Source of the DNA: an uncultured Actinomycetes bacterium
GTDB lineage: Bacteria; SZUA-79; Acidulodesulfobacterales; Acidulodesulfobacteraceae
Assembly: GCA_964631685.1 (NCBI GenBank)
Contig: CAZVZU010000008.1
Span: 10,476-74,475 of the forward strand
Direction of reading: 5' to 3'
Length of the DNA stretch: 64,000 nucleotides
The position numbers and the translations under genes are program-made. Of the stretch, positions 59,897-64,000 are shown piece by piece (positions within the stretch are counted from its first letter, which is position 1; every line of letters starts with the position of its first letter). Below the pieces are notes generated by a model. It worked only from the letters and a program-made list of their open reading frames with translations. It was not told where the DNA came from and did no database searches.

Positions 59897-61513
59897 ATGA
59901 AAATGAAAAATACCAATCGTCCCGGAAGGGCTAAATATTTCATGATACAAGGAACTACGAGTTCTGCCGGAAAAAGTGCCTTGACAACCGGTTTTTTAAG
60001 ATATTTTTCCGTAGAAGGCTATGAATCATCTCCTTTTAAATCCCAAAATATGTCTCTAAATAGTTTTGTTACGGAAGATGGCTTTGAGATCGCAGTCTCT
60101 CAAGCTGTTCAGTCTGAAGCTGCGTTTAAAAATCCTGTAAGACAGATGAACCCTATACTAATAAAACCATCTTCGGAGCGCAATATGCACCTAATAGTAG
60201 ATGGAAAGTTTTACGGCAGTATGGATTTTAGCGCTTATAACGGGGCAAGAGATTATTTTCTTGAAAGGGCAAAGAAAAGCTTTGAATTCTTAGCGCGGAA
60301 TAACGATCTGGTAATACTTGAGGGTGCAGGAAGTCCTGCGGAAATAAATCTGTTTAAATTCGATATTGCAAATATGGGTTTTGCCGAACTTTACGATATC
60401 CCCGTAATTTTGGTTGCTGATATAGAAAGAGGGGGAGTTTTTGCATCTATCTTTGGTACGGTTAAATTACTTCCGCTAAAATGGAGGAGGCTAATCAAAG
60501 GCTTCATTATAAATAAATTTAGAGGCGATTTAAAGATTTTGCTTCCTGGTATAAAATCTATCGAATCGATGCTCAAAATTACCTGCTTAGGGGTTCTGCC
60601 CTATATAAAAAATCTTCGCCTTGAAGCCGAGGACAGCCTTAATCTGACGGACCGTCCGTTTTCCGTATGTTCAGATAATCCTGATACATTGCGCAAATTA
60701 CGGATAGGAATTGTTCGGTTAGATCATATGTCCAATTTTAACGAATTCGACCCCTTATTTGCCGATAATGGCATAACATCACGTTTTTTCAAAGCTGTGC
60801 CTTCCGCACAGTCATTCGACATGATAATCATCCCCGGTTCAAAATCTACCGTTAATGATATATTGCGTTTAAAAGAAACAGGCATGTTTGATTATATAAA
60901 GGATTTTGCAAAGCATGGCGTCATTATGGGGATATGTGGCGGTTTTCAGATAATGGGTAAATTAATAAAAGACCCTTTTCATATTGAATCTACAGCTTAC
61001 GAGACTACCGGTTTAGGTTTTTTTGAAACTGTAACGACGATACAGAAGGAAAAAAGGTTGTTGAATCAAAAATATAGGTTTAATACAGGAAGCGGTACGG
61101 AAACAAGTATTATAAGCGGATATGAAATACATAACGGAAGAACTATTTTTGCAGAGGGTTTTTCCGATGAACATGTTTTGACGAATATTTTTGAGCCATT
61201 TGGAACGGTACATGACTACACCTCTGCGGAAAAGGGTATTGTATCGCGTGATAGGAAAAAAATAGGCGTGTATATACACGGATTGTTCAGGAATGAATCG
61301 TTCAAGAATTTTGTTGTAGATATTATCATGAAAGATATAGAGTCTAAAAAAGAGACCAACGGCGAAATTATAGACTCTAGTCCTAGTGAGGATAGTTATA
61401 ATTTGACAACCTGTTCTTATGATGAGGTTAAAAATAATAATTATGATTTACTATCGGACAATATACGCAAATATATAGATATGAATTTTATAAAAAATAT
61501 TATAGGGATTTAA
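59897..61513 (+). CDS. cobQ: cobyric acid synthase
   Basis: GTTSSAGKS, PFKSQNMS, EGAGSPAE, NKFRGD, GICGGFQ, YIHG. Confidence 0.93.
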   Translation: MKMKNTNRPGRAKYFMIQGTTSSAGKSALTTGFLRYFSVEGYESSPFKSQNMSLNSFVTEDGFEIAVSQAVQSEAAFKNPVRQMNPILIKPSSERNMHLIVDGKFYGSMDFSAYNGARDYFLERAKKSFEFLARNNDLVILEGAGSPAEINLFKFDIANMGFAELYDIPVILVADIERGGVFASIFGTVKLLPLKWRRLIKGFIINKFRGDLKILLPGIKSIESMLKITCLGVLPYIKNLRLEAEDSLNLTDRPFSVCSDNPDTLRKLRIGIVRLDHMSNFNEFDPLFADNGITSRFFKAVPSAQSFDMIIIPGSKSTVNDILRLKETGMFDYIKDFAKHGVIMGICGGFQIMGKLIKDPFHIESTAYETTGLGFFETVTTIQKEKRLLNQKYRFNTGSGTETSIISGYEIHNGRTIFAEGFSDEHVLTNIFEPFGTVHDYTSAEKGIVSRDRKKIGVYIHGLFRNESFKNFVVDIIMKDIESKKETNGEIIDSSPSEDSYNLTTCSYDEVKNNNYDLLSDNIRKYIDMNFIKNIIGI

Positions 61514-61520
61514 TCTATAC

Positions 61521-62420
61521 CTAAGGCTTATAAAAGAATTTTCTGGAGGACAGGTATGTTCCTAAGATACTAGACATCAGGGCTATCATAAAAATCAATA
61601 AAATCTGTTGTTGGTTTAAAAAGACTGCGTTTATATGAAAAAATGCTAAAAAAGAGTTAAAATGATAATAAGCGAATGTATTAAAAATTAAGAAAAGAAG
61701 CAATATCGACAAAGAAAATGATAGAACAGTTCCAATTATCCCCTCTATAAACATCGGTATTTTAATATAACTGCCGGTAGCACCTATTAGTCTTAATATT
61801 TCTATTTCGGTCTGCTTTCTTAGTATGACAAGCTTGACAGCGCTGTATGATATAAATATCGATAGTATGAACAAGAATATAAAGACAACAAGTCCTATTA
61901 TTTTAGTAAAAAACATGAATTGAATAATTTTGTTGCTTAATAATTTATTGTAATAAACGGAGTCTACGCCCTTGAATGTTTTTAGTCGCAAATAAATGTT
62001 GGATAAAAATATTTTACTTACAGAATTTTTCTTAAATCTTATTTTTATAAACGAAGGTAAAAAATTAGGATTAATACCTTTTAGAATAGATCGTATATGA
62101 CTTATTTTGTTCTCTAAAAATTTCAGAGAAGATTTATGGTCGTAATAGTTGATGCTTTTTACTCCATCAGTGGTTCTAATATAATTTATAACCTGTGTTT
62201 TATTCGTCCCATTCTTTAAAAACACTATCATTACATCGTTTTTTTGAAAGCGTTCCATGTAATTGTAAATGTTTATATAGCAAAGAAGAAAAAACAACAT
62301 TATAAAATACGCAAAGAACATTATTGCAAAGGCAAAAAGATTTCCCGTAATGTTGGACTTAATATTTAAGAATGCTATCTTAAAATAATTTGCCAAATAA
62401 TTAATCTTTTGTAATATCAA
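61521..62420 (-). CDS. ftsX: cell division permease FtsX
   Basis: 4-TM topology, EIEILRLIGAT...I..P..IEG motif; coupled to ftsE. Confidence 0.88.
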   Translation of the reverse strand: MILQKINYLANYFKIAFLNIKSNITGNLFAFAIMFFAYFIMLFFLLCYINIYNYMERFQKNDVMIVFLKNGTNKTQVINYIRTTDGVKSINYYDHKSSLKFLENKISHIRSILKGINPNFLPSFIKIRFKKNSVSKIFLSNIYLRLKTFKGVDSVYYNKLLSNKIIQFMFFTKIIGLVVFIFLFILSIFISYSAVKLVILRKQTEIEILRLIGATGSYIKIPMFIEGIIGTVLSFSLSILLLFLIFNTFAYYHFNSFLAFFHINAVFLNQQQILLIFMIALMSSILGTYLSSRKFFYKP

Positions 62421-63039
62421 TGACTCGAGCCCTTCCCATTCGTATAAGATTTTTATTGTGCGTGGCTAACACTACCATAGTTCCTTTATTGTTAAAAGAT
62501 TTAATTATATTAATTATAATTCTGGATGTATCTTCGTCTAAATTACCTGTCGGTTCATCGGCAAGTAATACTTGAGGATTTTGAACCAGCGCCCTTGCTA
62601 TAGCAACCCTTTGTTGTTCGCCACCGGATAGGCTTAGGGGATACTCGTTCTTTTTTGTAAATAATTCTACCGCTTTTAGTATGGTTGTAACATTTTTAAC
62701 TATCAAACCGCCGAAGATACCTGAAACTTCAAGTCCCAGTGCTACATTTTGAAAAACCGTTCTATTTGGAAGAAGCTTAAAATCCTGGAACACGAAGCCT
62801 ATTTTCCTTCTGAGAAACGGTATATCTTTCGGTTTTATATTTTGGAGCTCCATACCGGAAAATTTTATAACCCCATGAGTGGGTTTTTCAAGAGCTATCA
62901 TCATCTTTAGCGTCGTAGTTTTGCCTGCTCCGGATGGACCGGTTATAAAAATAAATTCACCCTTATTTACTTTGAAACTTAAATCTCTTAGCACATAATT
63001 ATCGCCATAAGATTTATATACATGGCTAAATTCAAACAA
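62401..63039 (-). CDS. ftsE: cell division ATP-binding protein FtsE
   Basis: GPSGAGKT, IPFLRRKIGFVFQDFKLL, LSGGEQQR, ADEPTGNLD. Confidence 0.93.
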   Translation of the reverse strand: MFEFSHVYKSYGDNYVLRDLSFKVNKGEFIFITGPSGAGKTTTLKMMIALEKPTHGVIKFSGMELQNIKPKDIPFLRRKIGFVFQDFKLLPNRTVFQNVALGLEVSGIFGGLIVKNVTTILKAVELFTKKNEYPLSLSGGEQQRVAIARALVQNPQVLLADEPTGNLDEDTSRIIINIIKSFNNKGTMVVLATHNKNLIRMGRARVIDITKD

Positions 63040-63041
63040 TA

Positions 63042-63689
63042 TTAATTCCCCATTGTTATATTGATATTTTTTCTGAAGGCGGTTGCCGTTTTTAATGGAT
63101 TCAAAGAATCTGAAACAGCGCTTATAACTGCAACGCCATTTACGCCGTAAGCAGATAGTTTCTTAATATTGTACACTTTTATGCCACCAATGGCTATAAC
63201 TGGTATTTTTAAACTGAGACACATTGTTTTTAAGCACTCGGTATTAATTAGATCCCCTGCGTCTGTCTTAGATGATGTTGCATAAACGGGCCCTATTCCT
63301 ATATAATCTGCTCCGTTGTCTTGGGCTATCGTAGCTTGTTTTAAGGTGTGGGCGCTTATGCCGATAATTAACTCGGGATATATTTTTTTTACCATTTCAA
63401 GAGGAACATCATCCTGTCCCATATGGACGCCGTCTGCCTTTGCTATATAAGCAATATCCGGTCTATCGTTCACGATAAATAGCGGTCTCCTGTCGGGCGG
63501 AAATTCATCCAGGATATTTCTTGCATATAGAGCGGCAGAGTAAATATCTCTGGACGTCAAATACTTGTTTCTTAGTTGAAAGACATCGGCAGAGCTTTCT
63601 ACAGTGACGGTTATTAAGTTTTGTAAATATATTTTATATTCTGCCATGTCGAAACCTTTGGTTATTATTTGAAAATTAAATTTATTCAT
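63042..63689 (-). CDS. thiE: thiamine phosphate synthase
   Basis: QLRNK, IVNDR, GVHMGQDD, G.SAH, T.SK, AIGGI. Confidence 0.93.
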   Translation of the reverse strand: MNKFNFQIITKGFDMAEYKIYLQNLITVTVESSADVFQLRNKYLTSRDIYSAALYARNILDEFPPDRRPLFIVNDRPDIAYIAKADGVHMGQDDVPLEMVKKIYPELIIGISAHTLKQATIAQDNGADYIGIGPVYATSSKTDAGDLINTECLKTMCLSLKIPVIAIGGIKVYNIKKLSAYGVNGVAVISAVSDSLNPLKTATAFRKNINITMGN

Positions 63690-63789
63690 GTTGTCACATT
63701 ATACAGATATAATATTTAACGGTTTAATATTCATTTAGTGCCACAAGTCAATTTTTATCATTATACTATTGTATAATTATAAATTTTTC

Positions 63790-63818
63790 TTGACAAAAGG
63801 TATAGCTAAAAATAGAAT
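63790..63818 (+). promoter_or_regulatory. near-consensus sigma70 promoter
   Basis: TTGACA-17bp-TAGAAT, followed by an AGGAGGT RBS. Confidence 0.75.
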
Positions 63819-63846
63819 AAAAAATATTACAAGGAGGTGATAAATT

Positions 63847-64000
63847 TTGAAAAAGTTTACAGTGTTAATTTTAGGAATGTTTTTAGTTGTGTCGGTGGTG
63901 GCATTTTCTGGTTGCGCAAAGAAATCTGCTCCTAAAGCCCCAGTTGCGGCTACGGCTACTAAGGCTCCTGCAACCAAAAAAGCGGCTACGGCTACTAAGG
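63847..64000 (+). CDS. lipoprotein with Ala/Lys/Thr/Pro-rich repeat (partial; runs off window; absent from the ORF track)
   Basis: TTG start after AGGAGGT; MKKFTVLILGMFLVVSVVAFSG-CAKKSAPKAPVAATATKAPATKKAATATK; lipobox FSGC. Confidence 0.8.
   Translation, partial: MKKFTVLILGMFLVVSVVAFSGCAKKSAPKAPVAATATKAPATKKAATATK
63946..64000 (+). repeat. 36-bp-period intragenic repeat (GCGGCTACGGCTACTAAGG x2, truncated by window end)
   Basis: Exact 19-nt copies at 63946-63964 and 63982-64000. Confidence 0.75.

Noticed and set aside
63761..63776. TTATAC-N4-GTATAA inverted repeat in the thiE/lipoprotein divergent region
   Set aside because: Short and AT-rich, so plausible by chance; no TPP riboswitch seen upstream of thiE either
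63777..63977. 66-aa minus-strand ORF
   Set aside because: Antisense of the lipoprotein gene, which has a promoter, RBS and lipobox on the + strand

Overview
AT-rich bacterial chromosomal window of mostly housekeeping genes, nearly all on the + strand. Gene content and style suggest a Gram-negative deltaproteobacterium-like acidophile, possibly Ca. Acidulodesulfobacterales (inference only). In order: thioredoxin-like protein and a c-type-heme GGDEF-EAL sensor; class II RNR nrdJ (- strand) with tandem NrdR boxes over its promoter; tolQRAB-cpoB without pal; tsaD, rsmA, glpK; an RlaP-like nucleotidyltransferase; fxsA-panD-amidohydrolase-panC; an alpha-glucan cluster (DUF4912-like fusion, three GH57 enzymes, glgA) running into a WaaL/Wzy-like ligase and a priming glycosyltransferase; aconitase, nadK, recN, GNAT, rhodanese, PDRP, pmbA, secA, argJ; rpsB-tsf-pyrH-frr-uppS-cdsA-dxr; gamma-CA, ppx, guaBA, dnaE-accA; GAF/HD-GYP, cobQ; thiE-ftsEX (- strand); and a truncated repetitive lipoprotein. 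I saw no tRNA, rRNA, CRISPR, IS or prophage. Best novelty candidates: (1) an apparently inactivated Mob/Pre-relaxase-like domain fused to DUF4912 at the head of an all-GH57 glycogen operon, with a palindrome over its promoter; (2) a WaaL-like ligase whose conserved Arg and His appear replaced by His and Glu. All family calls are from motif recognition by eye; no searches were run.
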